A stretch of 64,000 nucleotides of DNA from an uncultured Aeromonadales bacterium (GTDB lineage: Bacteria > Pseudomonadota > Gammaproteobacteria > Enterobacterales > Succinivibrionaceae): positions 23,327 to 87,326 of the forward strand of contig CACZLZ010000008.1 of NCBI GenBank assembly GCA_902782145.1. The letters are read 5' to 3'. The position numbers and the translations under genes were made by a program. Positions 52,413 through 63,150 of this stretch are shown piece after piece. Numbering within the stretch: position 1 is the stretch's first letter; every line of letters begins with the position of its first letter. The notes under the pieces are model-generated. The model was not told the DNA's origin and made no database searches. It worked only from the letters and a program-made list of their open reading frames with translations.

Positions 52413-52571
52413 CGGCAATAGGGTCAGGAGAAACCCGAAGGCAACGGGGAGACTCCGGAGATGGCCGGCAATAGGGTCCGGAGATGCCCGAAGGCAACGG
52501 GGAGACTCCGGAGATGGCCGGCAATAAGGAGAGCCGGCAATACCACGGCAACGGGAAACACCGGAGCCGCC
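52413..52571. repeat. 53-bp tandem repeat, 3 units
   Basis: Units start at 52413, 52466 and 52519. Units 1 and 2 differ at only 3 positions; unit 3 has diverged. Confidence 0.8.
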
Positions 52572-52667
52572 ACCGCAATGGAAGATCCGGCTGGCGCCCG
52601 GAAGAGATAACCCCATGAAGAAGTTCCGATCCAGTCCCGGGATAAGCGCGCCCAGTGACGCCCTGCC

Positions 52668-53504
52668 CTACTGGTACCGGTCCCAGATCTCCTCTGATCC
52701 CCGGAGGAGCTCATAATACTTGGCATACTTGAGATAGGAGTACACCGCCTGGATCAGGCAGATGCTCAGACCGTCAGTCCCGTCCAAAAACCCCAGCCGG
52801 AAGAGATAGCGGCTGACAAACATGTGGGCCCCGTGGAAAGCGGCGGAGCAACGGGAGATCTGCCGGCGGTGCCGGAGCATCTCCCCGGCTGCCAGGGTGG
52901 AATAACGGTTCTGCTTGGCCAGAAAGGCCTCCAGGCTCTCATAGGCATAGTGGACAATGTCCCCCGGCAGCACTGCCGTCTCCCGGGTCTCCAGGCGCTC
53001 ATGGACACTGCTGTCCGACCACCGGGCCCGGCTGCGGCTGTAAAGCCGGTAGCAGATATCCGGGGACCAGCCGCAGTGGCGGATCTGGCGGCCGCAGAAC
53101 AGGTTCCGCCGCCGGAAGCCAAAGGCGGCCGGGCCCTGGGGACTGAGATCTGCCCCCGCAATGGCTGCGGCCATCTCCGGGCTCACCCGCTCATCGGCAT
53201 CCAGGTTCAGGATCCACTCCGTGGCGCAGAGCTCTGAGCCATGGCACTTCTGCCGGCCGAAGCCGTCAAAGTCACGGACATGAACCTCCGCCCCCAGGGA
53301 GGCGGCAATTTTCCGGGTCAGATCGGTAGATCCGGAGTCCAGCACCACAATACGGCTGCACACCTGCTGAAGACTCCGGATGCAGGAGGCGATATGCTTC
53401 TCCTCATTTCTGGTGATGATCAGACCCGTGAGTTCTTTGACAGGCATAGCAGCAGCAACCATCCGGAAGGGGAGGAAAAAGATCGCCCAGAGATCTGTTG
53501 TCAT
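52668..53504 (-). CDS. family-2 glycosyltransferase (KdtX/WaaE-like LPS core type)
   Basis: LIITRNEEKHIASCIRSL...VVLDSGSTDLTRKIA...GFGRQK...LNLDADERVS are the GT2 DxD-type motifs. Start was chosen at ATG 53504 (GGGAGGGAGG upstream). Confidence 0.8.
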   Translation of the reverse strand: MTTDLWAIFFLPFRMVAAAMPVKELTGLIITRNEEKHIASCIRSLQQVCSRIVVLDSGSTDLTRKIAASLGAEVHVRDFDGFGRQKCHGSELCATEWILNLDADERVSPEMAAAIAGADLSPQGPAAFGFRRRNLFCGRQIRHCGWSPDICYRLYSRSRARWSDSSVHERLETRETAVLPGDIVHYAYESLEAFLAKQNRYSTLAAGEMLRHRRQISRCSAAFHGAHMFVSRYLFRLGFLDGTDGLSICLIQAVYSYLKYAKYYELLRGSEEIWDRYQ

Positions 53505-53693
53505 GTCCTCCCTCCCCGCCGGCAGAGCGGGAAACGGTATGGCAGGAAATAGATCCCCGGGAGCATAAGCCAGGACCCGGCCCAACAGGCGCCGGAGCCT
53601 CCGGAGAGTTTACGACTGTTTTTTTTTGTACAGTTTAAGGAATGACAGGTTAGACAATTCCGTGATCTAGATCACCATCCGATTTCCAGGCAC

Positions 53694-53717
53694 AAAAAAG
53701 GACTGCCGTAGCAGTCC
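53694..53717 (-). terminator. rho-independent terminator after fbaA
   Basis: Minus strand reads GGACTGC-tacg-GCAGTCC followed by TTTTTT. Confidence 0.7.
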
Positions 53718-53801
53718 ATATGGAAATCTTCATTGTGCCCAGGGTTACCGGCCCTAAACTGAGGAGGTCTCAGTCCGGCCAGCTCCCTCACCAGCCCCGG
53801 A

Positions 53802-54884
53802 TCACAGGGTGTTGGCGGAATGCAGGTTCTCGAAAGCAATCTGCAGACGGGCGATCTCGGACTCCTGACCCTTGCGCAGCCAGGCCCGGGGATCATAGTA
53901 CTTCTTGTTGGGGGCGTCAGGTCCCTCAGGATTGCCCAGCTGGCCCTGGAGGTAGTCCTGCTTGGCCTTGTAGTACTGGAGCACGCCGTCCCAGGTGGCC
54001 CACTGGGTGTCGGTGTCAATGTTCATCTTCACCACACCGTAGCTCACTGCATCCTCAATATCCTGGGGAGCGGAGCCGGAGCCGCCGTGGAACACGAAGT
54101 TCAGGGGCTTGGAGCCCTCAGCCAGACCCAGCTTCTCAGCCACATACTTCTGGGAGTCCCGGAGGATGGTGGGCTTCAGCTTCACATTGCCGGGCTTGTA
54201 GACGCCATGGACATTGCCGAAGGAGGCGGCAATGGTGAAGTTGGGGCTGATCTTGATCAGGCGCTCATAGGCGTAGTAGACGTCCTCAGGCTGGGTGTAC
54301 AGAGCGGACTCATCCTTGCCGGAGTTGTCCACGCCGTCCTCTTCGCCGCCGGTGCAACCCAGCTCCAGCTCCAGGGTCATGTCGATCTTGGCCATGCGCT
54401 CCAGATAGCGGCAGCACAGATCCACATTGTCCTTCAGGGACTCCTCGGAGAGATCGATCATGTGGGAGGAGAACAGGGGCACGCCGTGCTCCTTGTAGTA
54501 CTTCTCACCCTCGTCCAGGAGGCCGTCCACCCAGGGGAGCAGCTTCTTGGCGCAGTGATCGGTGTGGACGATCACCGGCACGCCGTAGGCCTCGGCCACA
54601 TTGCGGGCATGGAGGGCGCCGCTGATGGAGCCCAGAACCTGGGCCTTCTGGCCCTCCAGCTTCAGACCCTTGCCGGCAATGAACTGGGCGCCGCCGTTGG
54701 AGAACTGCACGATCACCGGAGCCTTGGCCTTGGCGGCGGCCTCGATGACGGCATTGATGGAGTCAGTGCCCACGCAGTTGACAGCGGGGATGGCGAAGCC
54801 GTTTTCCTTGGCAACGGAGAAAACCTTGCCCAGATCAGCGCCGGCAATGACGCCAGGCTTAACAACATCAAGAACTTTAGTCAT
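53802..54884 (-). CDS. fbaA: class II fructose-1,6-bisphosphate aldolase
   Basis: MTKVLDVVKPGVIAGADLGKVFSVAKENGFAIPAVNCVGTDSINAVIEAAAKAKAPVIVQFSNGG is near-colinear with E. coli FbaA. 360 aa. Confidence 0.95.
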   Translation of the reverse strand: MTKVLDVVKPGVIAGADLGKVFSVAKENGFAIPAVNCVGTDSINAVIEAAAKAKAPVIVQFSNGGAQFIAGKGLKLEGQKAQVLGSISGALHARNVAEAYGVPVIVHTDHCAKKLLPWVDGLLDEGEKYYKEHGVPLFSSHMIDLSEESLKDNVDLCCRYLERMAKIDMTLELELGCTGGEEDGVDNSGKDESALYTQPEDVYYAYERLIKISPNFTIAASFGNVHGVYKPGNVKLKPTILRDSQKYVAEKLGLAEGSKPLNFVFHGGSGSAPQDIEDAVSYGVVKMNIDTDTQWATWDGVLQYYKAKQDYLQGQLGNPEGPDAPNKKYYDPRAWLRKGQESEIARLQIAFENLHSANTL

Positions 54885-54902
54885 TTGAAACACCTATAAA
54901 CG

Positions 54903-54934
54903 GAAAAGAAAAGGGGAGGATCCCGGATCCTCCC
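54903..54934 (-). terminator. hairpin plus U-rich tract between pgk and fbaA (attenuator/terminator)
   Basis: Minus strand reads GGGAGGATCC-G-GGATCCTCCC followed by CTTTTCTTTTCC. Confidence 0.45.
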
Positions 54935-54946
54935 GCACACATGTCA

Positions 54947-56116
54947 TCAGGCCTGGGCAGCACGCTTTTCCAGGATCTCAACTGCAGGGAGCTTCTTGCC
55001 CTCAACAAACTCCATGAAGGCGCCGCCGCCGGTGGAGATGTAGGACACCTGATCCTTGATCCCGAACTTGTCAATGGCAGCCAGGGTGTCACCGCCGCCG
55101 GCGATGGTGAAGGCCTTGGTCTTGGCAATGGCTTCTGCCAGAACCCTGGTGCCCTCGGCGAACTTGTCATTCTCAAAGACGCCCACCGGGCCGTTCCACA
55201 GAACGGTCTTGGCATTCATGATCACATCGGCAATGGCCTTGGCGGACTCAGGTCCGATATCCAGGATCATGTCGTCTTCAGCCACGTCGCTCACCTTCTT
55301 CACGGCAACCCCGGTGGTGCCTTCAAAGTCCTTGGCCACAACCACGTCGGTGGTGGGAGGGATGGAGGTCTTGGCGGCGATCTTCTTGGCCTCGTCGATC
55401 AGATCGCTCTCATACAGGGACTTGCCAACCTTGTTGCCGGCAGCGGCCACAAAGGTGTTGGCAATGCCGCCGCCCACCACCAGCTGATCGGCAATGTCAG
55501 CCAGGGTGTTGAGCACTGTCAGCTTGGTGGACACCTTGGATCCGCCCAGGATAGCCACCATGGGGCGCTCAGGATGCTCCATGGCCTTGCCCAGGGCATC
55601 CAGCTCAGCGGCCAGCAGAGGGCCGGCGCAGGCCACCGGGGCAAACTGGGCTGCACCGTAGGTGGTGCCCTGGGCCCGGTGGGCGGTGCCGAAGGCGTCC
55701 ATGACAAACACGTCGCAGATGGCGGCGTACTTCTTGGCCAGCTCCTCGCTGTTGGACTTCTCGCCCACGTTGAAGCGGCAGTTCTCCAGGACCACCAGCT
55801 CATTGGCGGCAACCTCAACTCCGTTCAGGTAATCCTTCACCAGGCGCACCGGGCAGTCCAGATGATCCTTGAGATAGTCCACCACGGGCTTCAGGGAGAA
55901 GGCTTCGTCATACACCCCCTCCTTGGGCCTGCCCAGATGGGAGGTGACCATCACCTTGGCACCCTTTTCCAGGGCCAGCTTGATAGTGGGAAGGGTGGCC
56001 ACAATGCGGGCATCGGAGGTAACCTTGCCGTCCTTCACGGGCACATTCAAATCTGCGCGGATCAGAACCCTCTTGCCGGCAAGATCCAGGTCGGCCATTT
56101 TCAAAATTTCAGACAT
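54947..56116 (-). CDS. pgk: phosphoglycerate kinase
   Basis: [38 protein letters not shown] is nearly identical in pattern to E. coli Pgk. Confidence 0.95.
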   Translation of the reverse strand: MSEILKMADLDLAGKRVLIRADLNVPVKDGKVTSDARIVATLPTIKLALEKGAKVMVTSHLGRPKEGVYDEAFSLKPVVDYLKDHLDCPVRLVKDYLNGVEVAANELVVLENCRFNVGEKSNSEELAKKYAAICDVFVMDAFGTAHRAQGTTYGAAQFAPVACAGPLLAAELDALGKAMEHPERPMVAILGGSKVSTKLTVLNTLADIADQLVVGGGIANTFVAAAGNKVGKSLYESDLIDEAKKIAAKTSIPPTTDVVVAKDFEGTTGVAVKKVSDVAEDDMILDIGPESAKAIADVIMNAKTVLWNGPVGVFENDKFAEGTRVLAEAIAKTKAFTIAGGGDTLAAIDKFGIKDQVSYISTGGGAFMEFVEGKKLPAVEILEKRAAQA

Positions 56117-56187
56117 CTAAAAGACCTCTTTCCAATGTGAAGAAGAAAAACAAAAAAAGGATTGCATAACTGAAAATCAACGGGCTG

Positions 56188-56216
56188 ATTATATCATCAT
56201 TGCAGGGTGCCAACAA
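56188..56216 (-). promoter_or_regulatory. candidate extended -10 sigma70 promoter for pgk-fbaA
   Basis: Minus strand reads TTGTTG-N17 (ending in TGA)-TATAAT, about 70 nt upstream of the pgk ATG. Confidence 0.4.
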
Positions 56217-56292
56217 AGCGCGCCCGCCCGGCTCACCTGCCGGCGGCAGGAAAGACGATCGAAGAGCTTCGATGGGCGATGGAAGGGGGATC

Positions 56293-59200
56293 TCAGTGGT
56301 GGGAGCACATGGAGGTGAGAACCATGAGGAGAAAAAGGCCCCCGGCCACCTTCAGGGCACCGACCAGGCACCCTGAGGAAGAGGAGGTGCCCTCCGGCCT
56401 GCTGTAGCCCGGCAGCACCATGCCCTCCCGGATATCCCCCTGCCGGACATAGGTCCGGTTGCCGGGCTCCCCGAAGACATACACCCCGGATTCCGCCGGA
56501 TCGGCCAGGAAACACCCCTCATACATGTCCGTGTCGGAGCGCAGGCTGTTCCGGGAGAGGCTGGGAAACCGCAGCAGGCTGCGGCAGCCGAAGAACATCC
56601 GGTCGGTGAACTCGGCCCGGGAGGTGTCAAAGTCCGGCACGGAGCTCAGGGAGGTGCAGCCCTCAAACATGGACCGCATCTGGGTGACCCGGGAGGTGTC
56701 GAACTTGGGCACGGTGGACAGGCTCCGGCAGTCCTCAAACATGGCGGTCATGTCCCAGATCCGGGAAGTGTCGAAAAAAGGCACGTCGGTGAGCCGGTAG
56801 CAGTGGGCGAACATGCCCTTGAGGCTGGTGACAGATCCCCCCAGGACAATGGTGAAGTAAATCCCCGTGAGCTCCCGGATCATGCGGTTGAACAGGGGCA
56901 CGGCCCGGTTGTGGGAGATCCGCAAAGTGCCGAAGTTCTCCGCCACCGACACCAGATCCCGCACCAGCCCCGGGTTGGCGCTGTACAGCAGTTCATCGTC
57001 ATGCATCAGATCCAGCACCCGCTGGTTCCGGTTGATCACCGCCGTCCCCTGGCCCTGGGCCTCGATCCGGGCGGCGGGATCGGACGTGTCCAGCCCGGCT
57101 CCCGCCGCTGCGGGCTCCGGCTCCTCCGCGCTGCCGGCAAAACCGGCGGCGGGTGAGATGGTGGTGGTGGCGGTCCAGTGAGAGGCGGAAAAGGCGCTGC
57201 CGGAGGAGCCCCGCCCCCCCGGCCAGGAGGAAGAGGTAGAAGAGGATGATGATGAGGTGGCAAAGGCGGCGGAGCCCGATGAGGTGCCAAAGTCCACAGT
57301 CACATGGATATCACCTCCCGGGGATCCGGTCCTTTCCCGGAATTCCCGGTCGTCAATGATCTCAGGCCCCCCGGTGATCCCCTCAGGATCCTCCTTGTTC
57401 TCCTGCTGGCCGAAGGCTACCTCATGGAAGATCTCCCCACGGGGGCGCTTCCGGAGAAAGGCCGGGAGTGAGTTGGCCAGCACCAGTTTGCCGCAGTTGG
57501 CAACGATCCCCCGGACGCTCACATCCTCGTCCACCTGAAACTCCGGCACGCTTTCCAGCAAACTGCAGCCGGCAAACATGGCATCCATGCTGCGCACTGA
57601 TGCCGTGCTGAAGGCAGGGATCTGCGTCAATGCCGGGCAGTCCCGGAACATCCGGTCCATCTTCCGGATCCGGGAAGTGTCAAAGAGGGGCACCGTCCGG
57701 AGCTTGGGACAGCCGGCGAAAAGCCCGGTGAGATCCGTGATCTCCGGCGCCAGGCTGATGGCAAAGTCCATCTCCTCCCCCTCATAGCCCGCAAAGAAGT
57801 CCCTGGGCAGCTCACTGAAGCGCAGCATGCTCAGCTGCAGGGACTTCATGATCTCCTGCACCTGGCTGAAGCTGCGGATCAGGCCCTTCACCGTGAAGAT
57901 CCCCGCCTGGAGAAGATCCTCCTCCGTAAGGGCCGACGCCAGATCGTCATAGCTGACGGTGAAGCGGCTGCTGTGCACCGCCCCGGGCAGTTTCTGAAAC
58001 AGATCGTCAAACACCCGGGCAATGCCTGGGACATAGATGTGCCGGCAGGCGGAGAGCAGCATCCGGTGCTTAAGGAAAAACGCCATAAACTCCCCGGAGG
58101 CGGGATCAAGGCCCGCAAGGCGCCGGGACAGATCCGCAAAAGTAGCCAGATCCTCCCCGGGGAACAGCCGGGGATCTGCCAGAAGGGCAGGATCGTCATC
58201 CCAGAGGAAAAGGCACAGGTTCACCAGGGCTGACCTGGAGGCGCTCCCCCCGTAAAGGGAGTTGAAGCGCCGGATCTCCCCCAGGACCGCCAGCCGGGTG
58301 CTGTCCTCCCGGCACAGGAGTTCGGCAGCGCTGTAGAGTTCCTCCAGATCCGGGATCTGATCTGCCGCTCTCCTGCCCTGCCCGCCGGGGATCTGCTCCC
58401 CGGCCCCAGGGGCCGGCTCCAGGATCCGGCACAGAAGATCTGCGGCAAACTCCCGGAGATCACCAAAACGCCTGCCGTGCCAGTAGATGCTGCCGCTGTC
58501 CCCGGACAGCTCCAGCAGCAGCCGGAAATAGGCCGGATCTGAAACCCCGGCCTCCTCGCAGTCCTTGACGCTGCTGGCCAGATCCTGCTCCCCCTCAGCG
58601 GAAAGGAACTGAAACAGCAGCCCCCGGCCCACATGCTTCTTACCGTCCTCCCAGTGCCGGCCCAGGGCGTCGGTGAGCTCCCCCAGGGTTCTGAACTCCT
58701 GGCGGCGGAGCTTGTAGGGCCGGGAGAATTCCCCGGAAGCGGGGGCCGGGGCGGCGGTTCCGCCCCCGGATCCGGAGGCGGCGGCAGAGCCAGCCCTGCC
58801 GGCCGCTCCCCGGACGTCGGAGGAGGACAGCTCCTCCCCGGGGACCCGGAGTTTCCGGCCTGCCAGCCATGCTGTGACCTCCTCCGCCCCCCAGCGACGG
58901 TTGGGATTGTCATGATCATTCCGGTAGGTCAGATCCTTGTAGGTGAGCCCCAGGATGAGATCCCGAAGCTCCCGTGGGAAGCTGTCGGGGAAGGAGATCC
59001 GCATCAGGGAGGCCACGGCAGCCATGTCATCCCCCTGGGACAGGCGGAAGGGATGGCAGCCGGCGAAGATCTCATACAGGGTGATCCCCAGGGAGTAGTA
59101 GTCCGACTCCCGAAGATAGGTCCCGGAAAAGGTCTCCGGGGCGCTGTAGGCCAGGGACAGACCCGTGGTGGTCCGGATAAGGGACACATCCTGGGACAGG

Positions 59201-59730
59201 ACGGAGCTGATGCCAAAGTCAATGATGATCACCGACTGACCGTCATCTGCCAGCATCAGGTTGGAGGGCTTGATATCCTTGTGGATGATCCCCCGGGAAT
59301 GGAGATCTGCCAGACCCGAGTTCACTGAGGGGATGATGATCCTCTTCATCTCCTCCAGGGTGAAGGTCCGGCCGCTGAGGCTGCCGTTTTTGAAATAAGG
59401 CATGACGGTCACCGGCAGATCCTTTTCCCTGCCAAAGTCCGTCACCGGGGCCACATAGGGGCTCTGGATCTCCGTCAGCTGCTCCAGAACCTCCATCTTG
59501 ATGGCGTCGCTGCGGCGGTAGATCTTGGCCACATACTCCCGGCCGCCCTCATCCTGGCAGACATACAGATCCGCCTCCCCCGAGGACACCTCCATCCGGC
59601 GCAGGATCCGGTACCGGCCCTCCAGGAGGGTCCTGCCCGCCGGTGAAACGTCTTCAGTGGGGGCAACGGAGGAGCGCACCCGGGTGCGGGAGGGGGATTT
59701 GCCGCGGTTGATCCTGGTGGTGTAGGACAT
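56293..59730 (-). CDS. Ser/Thr protein kinase fused to two blocks of DUF285/BspA-type repeats, with a C-terminal hydrophobic tail
   Basis: Hanks kinase motifs YVAKIY (Lys), IIHKDIKPSNLML, IIDFGIS and YSAPE. Later there are repeats such as FDTSRVTQMRSMFEGCTSLSSVPDFDTS. The last 22 aa, ALKVAGGLFLLMVLTSMCSHH, are hydrophobic. Start was chosen at ATG 59730. Confidence 0.8.
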   Translation of the reverse strand: MSYTTRINRGKSPSRTRVRSSVAPTEDVSPAGRTLLEGRYRILRRMEVSSGEADLYVCQDEGGREYVAKIYRRSDAIKMEVLEQLTEIQSPYVAPVTDFGREKDLPVTVMPYFKNGSLSGRTFTLEEMKRIIIPSVNSGLADLHSRGIIHKDIKPSNLMLADDGQSVIIIDFGISSVLSQDVSLIRTTTGLSLAYSAPETFSGTYLRESDYYSLGITLYEIFAGCHPFRLSQGDDMAAVASLMRISFPDSFPRELRDLILGLTYKDLTYRNDHDNPNRRWGAEEVTAWLAGRKLRVPGEELSSSDVRGAAGRAGSAAASGSGGGTAAPAPASGEFSRPYKLRRQEFRTLGELTDALGRHWEDGKKHVGRGLLFQFLSAEGEQDLASSVKDCEEAGVSDPAYFRLLLELSGDSGSIYWHGRRFGDLREFAADLLCRILEPAPGAGEQIPGGQGRRAADQIPDLEELYSAAELLCREDSTRLAVLGEIRRFNSLYGGSASRSALVNLCLFLWDDDPALLADPRLFPGEDLATFADLSRRLAGLDPASGEFMAFFLKHRMLLSACRHIYVPGIARVFDDLFQKLPGAVHSSRFTVSYDDLASALTEEDLLQAGIFTVKGLIRSFSQVQEIMKSLQLSMLRFSELPRDFFAGYEGEEMDFAISLAPEITDLTGLFAGCPKLRTVPLFDTSRIRKMDRMFRDCPALTQIPAFSTASVRSMDAMFAGCSLLESVPEFQVDEDVSVRGIVANCGKLVLANSLPAFLRKRPRGEIFHEVAFGQQENKEDPEGITGGPEIIDDREFRERTGSPGGDIHVTVDFGTSSGSAAFATSSSSSSTSSSWPGGRGSSGSAFSASHWTATTTISPAAGFAGSAEEPEPAAAGAGLDTSDPAARIEAQGQGTAVINRNQRVLDLMHDDELLYSANPGLVRDLVSVAENFGTLRISHNRAVPLFNRMIRELTGIYFTIVLGGSVTSLKGMFAHCYRLTDVPFFDTSRIWDMTAMFEDCRSLSTVPKFDTSRVTQMRSMFEGCTSLSSVPDFDTSRAEFTDRMFFGCRSLLRFPSLSRNSLRSDTDMYEGCFLADPAESGVYVFGEPGNRTYVRQGDIREGMVLPGYSRPEGTSSSSGCLVGALKVAGGLFLLMVLTSMCSHH

Positions 59731-59976
59731 ATCTTCAGCCTCATATGGTGCTTTGGTGTCAGGTCGCGCCTGATCTGCATGAATGTTAGCACCCGGGAGG
59801 CGGGAATTGCTTGACCTCACTCAAAAATGACGGGGACGGGATCCTGGGGCCCCGGACAGGAAGCTGCCGGCGACGCCCCCGGATCCTGTCGGCGTCTTAC
59901 CCGGATCTTGCCGCCAGAGAGGGGCGAGGAGGAAGCAGGATCGGAAACGGGATCGGAGTCGGCGCCAAGCAGGATC

Positions 59977-60010
59977 AAAAAAGCCCGTCCCGCTGTCAGG
60001 CGGAACAGGC
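59977..60010 (-). terminator. rho-independent terminator after pnp
   Basis: Minus strand reads GCCTGTTCCGC-ctgaca-GCGGGACGGGC (two G-U pairs) followed by TTTTTT. Confidence 0.65.
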
Positions 60011-60093
60011 CGTATTAGCTCTCTCTTGTCAGTTCAGATCCTCAAGGGGGTATCAGCCGCCCGGCAGATCCTGTCTCCTGGCAAAAGGCCGGG

Positions 60094-62403
60094 TCACATC
60101 TCTCCGGAGGGCTGATCCTCAGGAGCCGGAGCTGCCTCTGCGGGGGCGGGAGCCTCCTGGGCTGCCACAGAAGTAGCCTCACCGGCAGGAGCCTCAGCGG
60201 GGGCACTGTCAGCCACCTGGGGTGCAGCCTCACCGGCGGCTGCCTCAGGGGCGGCGTCCATGCTCAGGCCCTGCATCTGAGCCTTGGTGACCTCGCCGAA
60301 GGCGTCAGGTCCCAGCTCCTCGTATTTGGCGTCCTTGATGGACAGGCGCACCCGGCCCTGGCGGTCAATCTCCAGGACCTTGACCCGGACCTTGTCTCCC
60401 GCCTTCAGGTAGTCGCCCACATTGTGGACCCGCTCAGGAGTGATCTGGGACTTGTGCACCAGACCGTCCTTGCCGGGAAGAATGGTAACAAAGGCGCCAA
60501 ACTCGGCAATCTTGCTCACCACGCCGTCATAAATCCGGCCCACCTCCACGTCGCAGGTCAGAGCCTCGATGCGGTTGATGGCCTCCTGGGCCTTAAGGCC
60601 GTCGGTGGCGGCGATCCTGATCACGCCGTCATCAGACACCTCAATCACCGTCTGGGTCTCCTCAGTCAGGGCCCGGATGGTGGCGCCGCCCTTGCCGATG
60701 ACATCCTTGATCTTCTCAGGGTTGATCCGGATGGTGTGGATCCGGGGGGCATACACGGAGATATCCGGACGGGGACGCTCAATGCAGCGGTTCATGACCC
60801 CCAGGATGTGGAGCCGGGCCTCATGGGCCTGCTTCAGGGCAGTCTGCATGATCTCCCGGGTGATCCCCTCGATCTTGATATCCATCTGCAGGGCTGTGAC
60901 GCCGTCGGCGGTGCCTGCCACCTTGAAGTCCATGTCACCCAGGTGATCCTCGTCACCCAGGATATCGGTGAGCACCACAAAGCGGTCCCCTTCCTTCACC
61001 AGACCCATGGCAATGCCGGCCACCTGGGCCTTGATGGGCACACCGGCGTCCATCAGGGCCAAGGAGGAGCCGCACACTGACGCCATGGAGGAGGAGCCGT
61101 TGGACTCAGTGATCTCCGACACCACCCGGACGGTATAGGGGAATTCCTCCGCCGTGGGCATCACAGCGGCGATGCCCCGCTTGGCCAGACGGCCATGACC
61201 CAGTTCCCGGCGCTTGGGGGAGCCAATCAGGCCGGTCTCGCCCACGCAGTAGGGAGGGAAGTTGTAATGGAGGATGAAGCGCTCGGTGCGCTCGCCGCAC
61301 AGATCATCCACGATCTGGGCGTCACGCTCGGTGCCCAGGGTGCAGGTCACCATGGCCTGGGTCTCGCCCCGGGTGAACAAGGCTGATCCGTGAACCCTGG
61401 GCAGCAGGCCCACGCCTGCGGACAGGGAGCGGACCATTTCCGTGGTGCGTCCGTCAATGCGTTTCTCACCGGCCAGGATCCGGTCCCGTACAATGCGCTT
61501 CTCCAGGGCGTGGAACAGCTCGCCGGCGTTCTTCACGTTGACCTCGGGATCCTCGGCCACAAAGGCGTCAATCATCTCCTTCTTCAGATCAGCGATCCGG
61601 CCCAGACGGTCCAGCTTCTCGGTGATCCGGTACAGATCACCCAGCCTGGACTCGGCATAGTTCCTGACCTTCTCCTGCAGGGAGACATTGACCTCCGGGG
61701 CGGTCCAGTCCCAGCGGGGACGGCCGGCCTCGGCCACAAACTCGTTGATGGCGTCAATGACCACCTGCATCTGCTCATGTCCGAACATCACCGCATCCAG
61801 CATGGTGTTCTCCGGGAGGATCTTGGCCTCGGACTCCACCATGAGCACGGCGGGCTTGGTGCCGGCCACCACCAGATCCAGCTGGCTGGAGGCCATTTCG
61901 GACTTCAGGGGGTTCAGAACGAAGTGACCGTCAATGAAGCCCACCCGGGCGGCGCCGATGGGGCCGTTGAAGGGGATGCCGGAAAGGGACAGGGCGGCGG
62001 AGGTGCCGATCATGGAGATGATGTCCGTGGGGATCTCAGGATTGGCTGACACCACGGTGACCACCACCTGGACGTCATGGGTGAATCCTGCGGGGAAAAG
62101 GGGGCGGATGGGACGGTCGATGAGACGGGCGATCAGAGTCTCGCCCTCGCTGGGACGGCCCTCCCGCTTGAAGTACCCTCCGGGGAAGCGGCCGGCGGCA
62201 TAGGCTCTCTCCTGGTAGTTCACCGTGAGGGGGAAGAAGTCCCTCTCCTCAGCGGGCTCGTCCTTGACGCCCACCACGGCGACAAACACTGAGGTGTCGT
62301 CCATGCTGGCCATGACTGCGGCGCTGGCCTGCTTGCCGATGGCGCCGGTCTCGAGGGTTACCGTATGCTGACCGTACTTGAATTTTTTAACCTTAGGATC
62401 CAC
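60094..62403 (-). CDS. pnp: polynucleotide phosphorylase
   Basis: [20 protein letters not shown]..., two RNase PH domains, then KH and S1 domains. GTG start. The Ala/Pro/Glu-rich C-terminal tail is extended. Confidence 0.95.
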   Translation of the reverse strand: MDPKVKKFKYGQHTVTLETGAIGKQASAAVMASMDDTSVFVAVVGVKDEPAEERDFFPLTVNYQERAYAAGRFPGGYFKREGRPSEGETLIARLIDRPIRPLFPAGFTHDVQVVVTVVSANPEIPTDIISMIGTSAALSLSGIPFNGPIGAARVGFIDGHFVLNPLKSEMASSQLDLVVAGTKPAVLMVESEAKILPENTMLDAVMFGHEQMQVVIDAINEFVAEAGRPRWDWTAPEVNVSLQEKVRNYAESRLGDLYRITEKLDRLGRIADLKKEMIDAFVAEDPEVNVKNAGELFHALEKRIVRDRILAGEKRIDGRTTEMVRSLSAGVGLLPRVHGSALFTRGETQAMVTCTLGTERDAQIVDDLCGERTERFILHYNFPPYCVGETGLIGSPKRRELGHGRLAKRGIAAVMPTAEEFPYTVRVVSEITESNGSSSMASVCGSSLALMDAGVPIKAQVAGIAMGLVKEGDRFVVLTDILGDEDHLGDMDFKVAGTADGVTALQMDIKIEGITREIMQTALKQAHEARLHILGVMNRCIERPRPDISVYAPRIHTIRINPEKIKDVIGKGGATIRALTEETQTVIEVSDDGVIRIAATDGLKAQEAINRIEALTCDVEVGRIYDGVVSKIAEFGAFVTILPGKDGLVHKSQITPERVHNVGDYLKAGDKVRVKVLEIDRQGRVRLSIKDAKYEELGPDAFGEVTKAQMQGLSMDAAPEAAAGEAAPQVADSAPAEAPAGEATSVAAQEAPAPAEAAPAPEDQPSGEM

Positions 62404-62536
62404 TTTGAAATTCCTTTGTTCTGTTTACACTTTAAGACGGGCTAATTATAGTGGAAAACACCACTGACTGAAATTAGCGCCTGTCAAAAACGGTTCCGTT
62501 TTTGCAAAACAGTGACGGGAGGCGGAATTCAGGCAC

Positions 62537-62571
62537 AAAAAAAACCGGATCCCGGCATAACCGGAACCCGG
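62537..62571 (-). terminator. rpsO terminator / start of pnp leader
   Basis: Minus strand reads CCGGGTTCCGG-ttatg-CCGGGATCCGG followed by T8. Confidence 0.6.
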
Positions 62572-62621
62572 CAGCAGCGGATCCCCGCAGTCAGCAGGGG
62601 ATCCCCACGGCTTTTCCGCGC

Positions 62622-62891
62622 TTACTTGCGCAGAGCAAGCCTTGCGATGAGCTTCTTGTAGCGCTCCTCATCCCTGGAGTTCAGGTAGTCCAGCAGCCCG
62701 CGGCGCTGGGAAACTAGGTGGAGAAGACCGCGGCGAGATGCATGATCCTTCTTGTTCTTCTCAAAATGAGGCTGCAGATCATTGATCCGGGCAGTGAGCA
62801 GGGCAACCTGAACCTCAGTGCTGCCGGTGTCCTTCTCATCACGGCCGTATTCCTTGATGATGGCCTGACGCTGTTCCTTGGTTAAAGACAT
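62622..62891 (-). CDS. rpsO: 30S ribosomal protein S15
   Basis: [57 protein letters not shown]...; 89 aa from ATG 62891. Confidence 0.95.
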   Translation of the reverse strand: MSLTKEQRQAIIKEYGRDEKDTGSTEVQVALLTARINDLQPHFEKNKKDHASRRGLLHLVSQRRGLLDYLNSRDEERYKKLIARLALRK

Positions 62892-63150
62892 GTCATATCT
62901 CCTGAAAACAAAAACTGACCGCCACCGATCATCAATCCAGTGACAGATCCGGGATCCTGCTGCCCCGCCATCTTCCGGCCGGGACCGATTCACCGCTTCT
63001 GTGGGATCCCCCTCACAAAAGCGGGCATATTCTAACACAGACTCCGCCCTCTGGGTAGGGTCCGGGAAAAACGATTGGAATGATACCGGCATCGGGACCA
63101 GGGCTTCAGACGGAAGTGTGGCGGCAGCACTGCCCCGGGGCTCTGCCCCT

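Noticed and set aside
60094-60330. Ala/Pro/Glu-rich C-terminal tail of PNPase as a novel domain.
   Set aside because: As I recall, E. coli PNPase also ends in a short APE-rich tail. This looks like a simple expansion of low-complexity sequence.
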